A DNA stretch of 64,000 nucleotides, from positions 1 through 64,000 of the forward strand of contig BTVY01000032.1 in NCBI GenBank assembly GCA_045863335.1, read 5' to 3'. The notes below the pieces were generated by a model. The model was not told where the DNA came from. It searched no databases and saw only the letters and a program-made list of their open reading frames with translations. The DNA is from Candidatus Hydrogenedentota bacterium. GTDB lineage: Bacteria > Hydrogenedentota > Hydrogenedentia > Hydrogenedentales > SLHB01. This document shows positions 54,512-62,469 of this stretch, piece after piece (within the stretch, counting starts at the first letter, position 1; each line of letters opens with the position of its first letter). A program made the translations under genes and the position numbers.

Positions 54512-54850
54512 GCCGCGAAGGAACGCAAAGAACGCAAGAGATAGAACGTCGTGTCATTTTTGCGGTCTTTGCGTTCTTTCGTGGCTGGGATGTTGGGTTC
54601 TCTTTGTCTGGTAGAGCCGGGAAGACCCCCCCCCTCTAGCTCCCCCCGTGGACGGGGGGGAGAATTTTTGCTCTCTTTGTGGCAACGATTGAGCTGGCAG
54701 CCCGCGGTAAATGACCTGTAGCGCCCGGTTTCCATGCCGGGCGTAACTTGGAGATACAGATTTCCGGGTAAAACCACGCCCGCCATGGAAGGCGGGACGC
54801 TACAAATTGCCACGTTTGGAGTTTTGCCATGGTGCTGGATGCTCGATATG
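54512..54850 (+). repeat. ~340-bp duplicated block, copy B (starts with palindromic repeat copy 4, 54512-54585)
   Basis: Near-identical to 52447-52785. Confidence 0.95.
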
Positions 54851-54883
54851 CTCGACGCGCGTGTGTCTGGGAGCGAAATTCGC

Positions 54884-54976
54884 ATCGCGTCATCCTGAGC
54901 GATTAGCGAAGGATCTCTTGGGAATCGACGCACAACTGACTAGAGATCCTTCGCTAATCGCTCAGGATGACGCGAT
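54884..54976. repeat. Perfect 35-bp inverted repeat (CGTC-type REP pair)
   Basis: ATCGCGTCATCCTGAGCGATTAGCGAAGGATCTCT, 23-nt spacer, then its exact reverse complement. Confidence 0.95.
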
Positions 54977-55007
54977 ATCCGTATGACTTGTGAGTTTGTT
55001 TAGGACG

Positions 55008-55115
55008 ATCCTGGAGCAAGAAACGCATCACGGGAAGCTCTCGTTCCGGGACGAACTGCGCAGGCTCTTTCGCAAACTCGGGATCGCGTGGGATGAACGG
55101 TATGTTTGGGATTGA
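55008..55115 (+). pseudogene. 3' remnant of an IS200/IS605-type (Y1 HUH, RAYT-like) transposase
   Basis: Translates ILEQETHHGKLSFRDELRRLFRKLGIAWDERYVWD*, matching the characteristic Q..HH...SF..E......DERYVWD C-terminus. There is no N-terminal part. Confidence 0.75.
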
Positions 55116-55195
55116 GGCCGCAACCTCTTCGGGGTAGTTCCTGGGAGCGTGTACGGAAAGAGGCGATCCCACGATTAAACCGGCATCGGTCAAAA

Positions 55196-55267
55196 GTAGC
55201 GCAGGCGTCCCCGCCTGCATTCTTACGGGTTTTGTCTTAGGTTTGCAGGCGGGGACGCCAGCGCTAC
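55196..55267. repeat. GTAG-type REP inverted pair
   Basis: GTAGCGCAGGCGTCCCCGCCTGCA ... TGCAGGCGGGGACGCCAGCGCTAC. Confidence 0.9.
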
Positions 55268-55313
55268 ATCTGCTACGCTTGCCGAACCCCCCTTCCGTAG
55301 ACGCTCGATGATA

Positions 55314-55837
55314 CGCCGTCGTTTCCCCAGGTAGCGCGGCGGCCTCGTATCGACATCGCCGGGCAACCACGCCACGGCGTGGCTGAGAGCCCAATGTCCC
55401 GTTGGGACACAAATCCGAAGCGGAGCTGCAACCTGCAACCTGCAACCCGCACGTCATCCTCGCGCACGCGGGGACCGCAATCAAAATCGCCCCTTGCGCA
55501 AAACAGGGAGTTCCGATACTCTACTAGGGGTTTCCGCCGCCCGGTGTCCCTGGGGACTGGGCGGAATGGCTTCGTGTGGAGAACGCCCCTATGCCGTCGA
55601 CCAGACCCGCCACGCCGCCTAATTCACCGCCCGGCAACCGACTACTCATCGCCCCAAGATTGCCTAACCGACGGAACGGCAAACCGCCCGCTTTGCCTCT
55701 TGACTTATACCTATCATGGATGTCCCCATTTATTCCCCCGCCGTCGTTTCCCCAGGTAGCGCGGCGGCGTCTTGTCGACACCGCCCCGCAACCACGCCAT
55801 GGCGTGGCTGAGCGCCCAATGTCCCGTTGGGACACAA
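55314..55837 (+). repeat. 99-bp direct repeat (55314-55412 and 55739-55837)
   Basis: CGCCGTCGTTTCCCCAGGTAGCGCGGCGGC...GGCGTGGCTGAG.GCCCAATGTCCCGTTGGGACACAA in both copies. Confidence 0.92.
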
Positions 55838-55950
55838 GAATTTGGTGGAGTCGCAATTCCGTCATCCCCGCGCGCGCGGGGACTGAATTCATGCCCCTCC
55901 ATTTCTTAGTTCGTAGGCTGTATATCCCTGACTATTACCAAGTTTTGTCG

Positions 55951-55979
55951 TTGACGGCGCGGAGGCGTACTGCTAGACT
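55951..55979 (+). promoter_or_regulatory. sigma70 promoter, likely giving a leaderless mRNA
   Basis: TTGACG-17 nt-(TGC)TAGACT-7 nt-ATG 55987. Confidence 0.65.
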
Positions 55980-55986
55980 GCATCGT

Positions 55987-56193
55987 ATGCGTAGGACAAT
56001 CGAAGCCAAGGTAGATGAGAACGGAAATATTCGCACGACGGAGCCCGTTGCGCTGCCGCCGGGAGCTCGCGTTCTCGTTACGATTTTGGAAATGGAGGAC
56101 AGCGAGACCGCGTCGTTGAGCGAAGCGGCGCTTGCAGCCGACTGGGAGCGTCCCGAGGAAGAGGCCGCGTGGTCCCACTTGAACCAGGGCTAG
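55987..56193 (+). CDS. Putative antitoxin partner of MazF
   Basis: MRRTIEAKVDENGNIR..EPVALP..ARVLVTILE...SEAALAADWERPEEEAAWSHL, overlapping the toxin start. Confidence 0.85.
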   Translation: MRRTIEAKVDENGNIRTTEPVALPPGARVLVTILEMEDSETASLSEAALAADWERPEEEAAWSHLNQG

Positions 56194-56510
56194 TCGTTCT
56201 CGTTCGCTTCCCATTCTCCGATCTCTCCACCTCCAAGCTGCGGCCCGCGGTCATGTTAGCTCATGCCGGCGGCGCGGACTGGGTACTCTGTCAGATCACA
56301 AGCAATCCCTACGGTGACCCTGCCGCGGTTTCCCTATCGTCCGCGTCGTTTTCAAGCGGCGGCCTCGACCGCGAGAGCGTGGCGCGTCCTGGAAAGCTGT
56401 TCACTGCTGCCGGCTCCATCGTGGTGCGCGAAGCCGGAATGTTGAGCGCAGCGGCGCATCGTAGTGTCGTCGAAAGCACGGTAAGCTTGCTTCAGTCAGG
56501 GCTCAAGTGA
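56169..56510 (+). CDS. PemK/MazF family toxin
   Basis: GLVVLVRFPFSDLSTSKLRPAV...LCQITS. Confidence 0.92.
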   Translation: MVPLEPGLVVLVRFPFSDLSTSKLRPAVMLAHAGGADWVLCQITSNPYGDPAAVSLSSASFSSGGLDRESVARPGKLFTAAGSIVVREAGMLSAAAHRSVVESTVSLLQSGLK

Positions 56511-56997
56511 CGCGCCGTCGGGAATAAGGCAATAAATGGTTGCTGTCCCCATTTATTCGCTCGTTTGATTCGCTTGTCCTTTTGGGAATAGCACTGACAA
56601 ACCGTTCGAGGCCAACTAATTGGATTTGCCCCTCCAAAGTGTCCTTATAGAAAAGTTTGTCGAGTGCAGCCCTGAGCAACGCTTCTCGCGTGAGTGGCAG
56701 TAGAAATTCGTAATTGACAACATAGGCAAAAGCCCAACGGGTGTACGAAGGAAGGATGATTTCTTTCTGGCTTATACGCTTGATGAATTCCGCTCGCGGT
56801 AGGTGAATGAAATTCTTCTTGACTCGGAATTTCCCTTTTCCCAAACGCTCGATAACACTTCTAAGCTGTTTGCTTAGGTATGTTCCTGGACTCGTACCAG
56901 TCCACCCAGCGATCCCGCCGAGTTGAGTCTTCGTGAAAACTGCTTGGTCTTTGGACCGGGCTAGCAAGAAATCATATGCCTTGTTCAAGTCCGCCAT
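56503..56997 (-). pseudogene. AT-richer hypothetical gene, probably 3'-truncated
   Basis: Protein-like for ~147 aa, then reads through the palindrome AATAAATGG..CCATTTATT and into the end of mazF. Confidence 0.55.
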
Positions 56998-57281
56998 GGT
57001 TATTCCCCCGTGTCAGAGGCTACCTTCCTAGGCTAATTGAATGCTTCGTATAAGTCAATAGATTTGAGGGGGCCGAGTACGGAAAATCGTGCAAGATGGA
57101 TGCGTGGAGAAGTGGGTGATTCGTATTCCTTCTATCCGTATGTTTTGTTCGTGCTGTTATGGCGGACCGTGCCGAGGATTACCTATGTTCCAGCGCGGGC
57201 ATTGAGGTTTAGCGCCCGATACGCTACTATCGGATGAGTGGGACCAGCGTACCTACTGTCAAGTGGAGGCTTTGAGACATT

Positions 57282-59120
57282 TTGCAGGCTGAGCAGCTTA
57301 GTTTCGAACTTTTCCGGCCGAAGCACGAGGGTCAGCTTCATTTGGGGCCAAACCCGTATTTTGGCGACTTAACGCAGCCTACGCGATGCGTTTTGTCCAG
57401 ACCGAAGCCGTTCAATTCGGATATTGTGGCCGGCAAAAACACATATGTGTATGACGCCCATACCTATCACACGAAGGTTCCCCCCGAAGGCATCAAACTT
57501 CTTATCGATTACTACACTCGACCAGGAGACATTGTCTTAGATCCGTTTTGTGGTTCTGGCATGACCGGAGTCGCGGCGACTGATCTGAACCGAATTGCAC
57601 TACTTTCGGACCTGTCCCCGGCCGCAGCATTTATCGCTTACAACCTGAACACACCCATAGATGAATCTCGATATATGAGTGCCGTTAACGAGTTGTTGCG
57701 CCAGGCGGAATATCTCGAAGAGTCCCTCTACGACACTCACTGTCGCCGCTGCGGCAAGATTGTCCCAATGCTCTACATGGTTTGGAGCTACGGCTACGAA
57801 TGCGCGGCCTGTGGAAAGGAATTTGTCCTTTGGGATGTGGCCCGTGATGAAAAGTCCTCCGTGCGCGACAGTAAAATCCTCAACAAATTTCCTTGCCCAT
57901 TTTGCAGAGCCACTCAAAACAAACGCGGTCTACACAAGACCAAACGCTATCCCGTTGAAGTCGGCTACAAGTGTTGCCAGGCTGGACTACAAGAGAGCCG
58001 TGAGGAATTGGATGAGCACGACAGGGAAACCCTCCGACGCATCAACGAGAACGGTATTCCACCTGGCCTTTGGTATCCGACCGACTCCTTCCGCGATGGG
58101 GTCAACACCAGACAACCGATTGCAGCTGGTTTGAATAGTGTTAATAAATGTTATACACCTCGCGCACTCTACGCTATGGCCTACCTGTGGAAACTGGCAT
58201 CGGAGTGGCCCGACCGAGCCGTTAGCGAAAAACTACTCTTTACTCTGACTTCGCTTTATAAACGCGTCACACTTTTTAGCGAATTTCGGTTTTGGGGTGG
58301 CAGTGGTAACACTGCCAACTATAACGTTCCTGGAATCATTAATGAGCAAAACGTTTTTAAAGCGTTCCAACGGAAAGCGAAGACGATCAGCTGGTATTTT
58401 CGTGAGGCCGCAGAGATAGACCGTAAAGTTTGCGTGAGCGTGCAATCAGCCTGCTCTCTTTATCAGCTGCTCGATAAATCCGTTGATTATATCTTCACTG
58501 ACCCACCATTTGGAGGTAATATTAACTACTCGGAAATGAACTTTCTATGGGAAAGCTGGTTGGCGCGATTTACGGATACCACCGAAGAAGCTATCGTCAA
58601 TAAGGTGCAGGGCAAAGGGTTCCTTGATTACGAGAACCTCCTGTCTGCAGCATTTGCAGAAGCCAGGCGAGTACTTAAAGATGGTGCATGGCTGACAGTA
58701 GTCTTTCATAACTCCTCAAAAGATGCTTGGCAATGCATCCAAAACGCGCTGCGGCGTGCAGGCTTTGAAATTCGAGGTACTCAAACATTTGATAAGAAAC
58801 ACGGTACGTTCAAAATGTTTGTTTCAGAAAACGCTGTGGGTTATGACTTAGTTCTTCATTGCCGTAAAGCCAAGGTACGTTCACCCATACTCTCAGCTGG
58901 CGACAATCATCACGCAGTTATTGATTTCATTAAGACGGCTTTGCGGGGCAAGAACGGCTACACGACCAGATTCCTTCATGTAAAACGAGACGATGAGTTC
59001 GATTATCGGCGTCTCTATTCTGAATGGCTTGTATCTGCCTTGAAGACCGACGCCGGCGCTATCGACTTTCAGCGATTTCGAGAATTGGTTGACAATGTAA
59101 GAACCAGGGGTAAATCGTGA
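57282..59120 (+). CDS. Amino (N6-A/N4-C) DNA methyltransferase with Cys-rich insert
   Basis: HTYHTKVPP, motif I VLDPFCGSGMTG, CxxC pairs (CRRC, CAAC, CPFC), motif IV YIFTDPPFG, RRVLKDG....VFHN. Confidence 0.92.
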   Translation: MQAEQLSFELFRPKHEGQLHLGPNPYFGDLTQPTRCVLSRPKPFNSDIVAGKNTYVYDAHTYHTKVPPEGIKLLIDYYTRPGDIVLDPFCGSGMTGVAATDLNRIALLSDLSPAAAFIAYNLNTPIDESRYMSAVNELLRQAEYLEESLYDTHCRRCGKIVPMLYMVWSYGYECAACGKEFVLWDVARDEKSSVRDSKILNKFPCPFCRATQNKRGLHKTKRYPVEVGYKCCQAGLQESREELDEHDRETLRRINENGIPPGLWYPTDSFRDGVNTRQPIAAGLNSVNKCYTPRALYAMAYLWKLASEWPDRAVSEKLLFTLTSLYKRVTLFSEFRFWGGSGNTANYNVPGIINEQNVFKAFQRKAKTISWYFREAAEIDRKVCVSVQSACSLYQLLDKSVDYIFTDPPFGGNINYSEMNFLWESWLARFTDTTEEAIVNKVQGKGFLDYENLLSAAFAEARRVLKDGAWLTVVFHNSSKDAWQCIQNALRRAGFEIRGTQTFDKKHGTFKMFVSENAVGYDLVLHCRKAKVRSPILSAGDNHHAVIDFIKTALRGKNGYTTRFLHVKRDDEFDYRRLYSEWLVSALKTDAGAIDFQRFRELVDNVRTRGKS

Positions 59121-60097
59121 AACGCGCGCAAACGCTGCCAGCTTTCACACCCGAAGAAGTGGAACGCGTCCATTCTCTTCTTGCCATCAAAGTTTCCTAT
59201 ATGATGGGCAGAAAAATGGAAGAAGGTGACTGGGCGGACGTCTATTGTCGTGCGAAAGGCATTTCTGACAAGGGCTGGTCTAATCTGAATATTGACGTAA
59301 TGCACGACTTGCTTGGCGTCGAACATAAGATGCTTTGCTGCCGCTCCAAGACGAATCTCGACGAAGCGTGTGGCACAACCTTGATGCATCCAGCGGCGAC
59401 GCGCTCTATCCGTATTCCTTCGACCCGTAATCCAAATGAAGCCATGCGGGACATCCTACGACAATATGCTGATCTTATCTCCCAACGGAGAGAACGAGTC
59501 CGCGAGCAAGCTACTTCCTCCGGCGAACCCGATATGCGAACTGGCTGGCTTCTCTGGCAAGAAAGCCTCCGACAGTTTCTTTATTTTGAGGAAGAAATGC
59601 TTCCACCGGACCCAGATGATTTTCGAGCGAAATGGGTGGAATCCGGCGGCGGCAATCGCAAAAAGAGCAAGAATCTCTGGATATATGAAAAGGAGACTGG
59701 CAAGAAACGGTATTCCGTGACCACTAGTGCTGGTGCTAAAATCCAACCTTACTTCGATGTGCCTCCGCCCGATGACCCAAATCTCTACCTATTCACAGTA
59801 ATTGGTGAGGTCATTGATGCTGGGCTTGTGCGTGTTTGGCTCACTGAGTCCACGGCCCGCGAGCTTGAGTCATTTCTGGGTAGCCTCGATTCTGACCTGT
59901 TAAGCTCGAAAATATTCGAGGCTGCGGAAGCTATGAGGGTGCTTGATGACTTGGGCGAAGCCGAGACTGAGTCTGGCGTCCCAGTTTTCATAAGTGTCGA
60001 AGCCTACGAAGCTCTACACTCGACAATAGATGCCGTGAACGATGACCATCTCTTTCAACTCCTTGTTCGCTACCTGCGGCACCAGTCTCAGCAATAG
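59117..60097 (+). CDS. Putative restriction endonuclease (PD-(D/E)xK-like)
   Basis: GTGA overlap with the MTase and the same AT-richer composition. MEEGDW...NIDV-x6-VEHK fits an E..D..ExK arrangement. Confidence 0.55.
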   Translation: MKRAQTLPAFTPEEVERVHSLLAIKVSYMMGRKMEEGDWADVYCRAKGISDKGWSNLNIDVMHDLLGVEHKMLCCRSKTNLDEACGTTLMHPAATRSIRIPSTRNPNEAMRDILRQYADLISQRRERVREQATSSGEPDMRTGWLLWQESLRQFLYFEEEMLPPDPDDFRAKWVESGGGNRKKSKNLWIYEKETGKKRYSVTTSAGAKIQPYFDVPPPDDPNLYLFTVIGEVIDAGLVRVWLTESTARELESFLGSLDSDLLSSKIFEAAEAMRVLDDLGEAETESGVPVFISVEAYEALHSTIDAVNDDHLFQLLVRYLRHQSQQ

Positions 60098-60253
60098 CCT
60101 GGCGCGTAGCCTTGCGACCCGCGGAGCTAATGATTGATGATGTGGTTTGAACAAGAGGGATCTTCATGATTGATTCTCGCGGAGTGCTAATTTCGTAACT
60201 CTCCGAATACGCATGCCCTCCAGCCCCCCCGGTTGCCCGCAATCTGCCCTCCG

Positions 60254-62047
60254 TTACTCGCTTGCGATCGTCGCATCTGCGACTGCCTTCAGTTCCTGGC
60301 CGGTGTTGGGGTCTACTTTGATGTCGACGGTTTCGTTGTCGTTGGTGTAGAAGAAGAAGCCGTACATCATTTCTTCGAAGGTTTGGGGGCCTTCTTTGAC
60401 GGTCACGGTGGGGTCGGGGTTGAAGGGGTTGAAGGGGCTGTTGTCGAAGTGGCCGATGCATTCGATGCGGGTGCCTTTGGGGAGTTTCAGTTCGCCGGGC
60501 TCGACGTAGTAGGTCATCTGCCAATCGAAACTGTAATTCGGCACGTTTAACAGGGGCCGCGTCTCGCCGTCGGGCAGGTGGGCGAGGAAGGTCATGTCGC
60601 GTCCGCGCAGATGCATGTGGGTGAACATGGCCAGCAGGGTCGCGTCGCAGTCCAGCGTGTCCTCGGCGGTGACCTGGTGCATGGGCGCGCCGGGCGGGAT
60701 GGCGAGGGCATCGTTGTTGATAATCATGTAGCGGATGCGCTTCTTGATGGGGTGTTTCGCATAGCGGAACCCGGCGGAGATGGTGTCCTGCTCCGGTTTG
60801 CCGGTGGTGACGTAGTGGATTTGCAGCGTGATGACCGAACCCTTCCGGATCAGCATGGCCTCGCCCGGTTTCAGATCGGCGGGTCCGCCGCCCGGCACTT
60901 TCCCCGTGAGGAAGTTCGTGCTCTGGTCGTAATCCTGGCCCGGCAGCATGTAGATCATGTTGCAATGATGCAGCACCCGCGGGTTGCTCGGCATGATCTC
61001 GATGCCTTCCACCCAGGTGTCCTCGGGGAACATGTAGTCGAAGGTGTGGTACTGGTAGGGGATGTAGCCGGTGGCCGGGATGTCGAAGGGTTCCTTCGCG
61101 GAGAGGACCAGGTCGGGTTCGCCGATGGCCCATTTCTCGTTCGGGAACTCGGGTACTTCCGGCAGGTTCTCCAGATCGCCGGGCTGCTTGCCGCCGCGCA
61201 CCCATTGCGCGATGGTGCGTTTTTCCGATGCCGTGAGCAGGCGTTCGTTGGTGAAGTCGCCGACTTCGGGATGGGCGTACCAGGGCGGCATGCGGCCTTC
61301 CTGGACGACCTCGGCGATCATGCTGGCCTTGCCGGAGGCCTGTTCGTAGGTTATCAACGAGAACGGCGCGGCGGTGTTCGGACGATGGCACTCCACGCAA
61401 TTCTGATAGAGGATGGGCGCCACGTGTTCCGCGAAGGTCACGTCCGCGGGCTTGGCGGATGCGTCGCCGGGAAAGGTGATGAGGCAGCCTTCCACCGCCG
61501 TCGTGGGCACGCTGACCGCTTCGCCTGCGAGGACTTCCAGGATCGCCTCCTTGAGATCGGCGCGGGCGTTCGTGGGTTGCACGCCGCTGACGCGGAACTG
61601 GTCGTCGATTCGGCCCCGGTAGCGGAGGACCCGGTCCGCGTCCAGCACGGCCACCTCCGGCGTGCGTTCCGCGCCGACCGCCTTCGCGCTGTAGGCTTCC
61701 ACGTCCTTCACGACGGGGAAGGTCATCTGGTACTCGACGGCGTGGCGCGCCATGTCCATGATGGAATCTTCGGGGCCGACGTTGATGCCGATGAACTGCA
61801 CGCCTTGTTCGGCGAACTCCTGGTGGAGGGATTCGAGGACGGGCGTGTAGCGTTGGGCGACGGGGCAGGTGTTGCAGTAGAAGGCGAGGACGTAGGCCTT
61901 CGCGTCGCCGAAATCCGCCAAGGTGCGGGACACGTAGCGGATGTCTTTGAATTCCATGCCGGGGACGGGTTTGCCGATGGCGGAGTCGTCGGCGATGGCC
62001 GCGAGCGATGCGAGTAGGACGAGGGAGAATGCGCGTACGTAGCCCAT
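60254..62047 (-). CDS. Exported redoxin / c-type cytochrome / copper type II monooxygenase-like fusion protein
   Basis: Signal peptide, CNTCP and YRGRIDDQ (AhpC/TSA-like), CVECH plus MPPW, VLHH, HMHLRG, EEMM. Confidence 0.88.
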   Translation of the reverse strand: MGYVRAFSLVLLASLAAIADDSAIGKPVPGMEFKDIRYVSRTLADFGDAKAYVLAFYCNTCPVAQRYTPVLESLHQEFAEQGVQFIGINVGPEDSIMDMARHAVEYQMTFPVVKDVEAYSAKAVGAERTPEVAVLDADRVLRYRGRIDDQFRVSGVQPTNARADLKEAILEVLAGEAVSVPTTAVEGCLITFPGDASAKPADVTFAEHVAPILYQNCVECHRPNTAAPFSLITYEQASGKASMIAEVVQEGRMPPWYAHPEVGDFTNERLLTASEKRTIAQWVRGGKQPGDLENLPEVPEFPNEKWAIGEPDLVLSAKEPFDIPATGYIPYQYHTFDYMFPEDTWVEGIEIMPSNPRVLHHCNMIYMLPGQDYDQSTNFLTGKVPGGGPADLKPGEAMLIRKGSVITLQIHYVTTGKPEQDTISAGFRYAKHPIKKRIRYMIINNDALAIPPGAPMHQVTAEDTLDCDATLLAMFTHMHLRGRDMTFLAHLPDGETRPLLNVPNYSFDWQMTYYVEPGELKLPKGTRIECIGHFDNSPFNPFNPDPTVTVKEGPQTFEEMMYGFFFYTNDNETVDIKVDPNTGQELKAVADATIASE

Positions 62048-62270
62048 GGAGAAGTGCCTCCGCAGACGGCAGGGTGCGCGTATAGACACGCGGGTGCCGT
62101 CTGTCTGAATTGCTGCTGCTGACCGATGCTCTAGTATTGTGGAGGATCATGGGCGGAACATCAAGTTAGAAGCAACAGTTTAGTTATAGAAAACGATGGA
62201 GCGCTGTTTGGAATTGGCCTTATTGGCGTGAGTCGGTGCTTACCTTTTGGGGAGATCGGAGGTTTCGAAG

Positions 62271-62358
62271 GAGCATGGGCGTCCCGCCCGTGTAAGATCA
62301 TGGGCTGGAAGCCCATGGCACCTCGAATCACGGGCTGGAAGCCCGTGGCACCTCGAAT
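62271..62358. repeat. REP-like cluster with a 30-bp tandem duplication
   Basis: CATGGGCTGGAAGCCCATGGCACCTCGAAT followed by CACGGGCTGGAAGCCCGTGGCACCTCGAAT, preceded by an inverted relative GAGCATGGGCGTCCCGCCCGTG. Confidence 0.88.
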
Positions 62359-62469
62359 CGTGCTTGTTTCGGATTTCGAATTTGTGAACAGCGTGCCTGT
62401 AGCGCGGCGTGGTTTACCGTAACAAACGTTGTCTTGCTGGTTGTAGAGGTTGGAGTACCTCGTGGCTGT

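Noticed and set aside
51796-54585. CRISPR array or integron attC array
   Set aside because: Repeats are ~75 bp with 0.6-1.3 kb gene-containing spacers. No cas or intI gene is present and the attC core consensus is absent.
52201-54933. ORFs 52201-52953 and 54508-54933 sharing an identical peptide
   Set aside because: They are translations of the duplicated palindromic block and overlap real TA genes or REP hairpins.
55576-55986. N-terminal 137 aa of the 205-aa ORF 55576-56193
   Set aside because: It runs through REP and direct repeats. The promoter and antitoxin-like sequence indicate a true start at 55987.
51600-60200. Prophage or ICE
   Set aside because: No integrase, structural, replication or conjugation genes are present, and no tRNA attachment site was seen.
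59988-62150. 720-aa Arg-rich ORF and other long alternative-frame or antisense ORFs (e.g. 12616-14415, 22942-24705, 34603-36459)
   Set aside because: These are shadow ORFs of GC-rich genes, with no motifs and complete overlap with well-supported CDSs.
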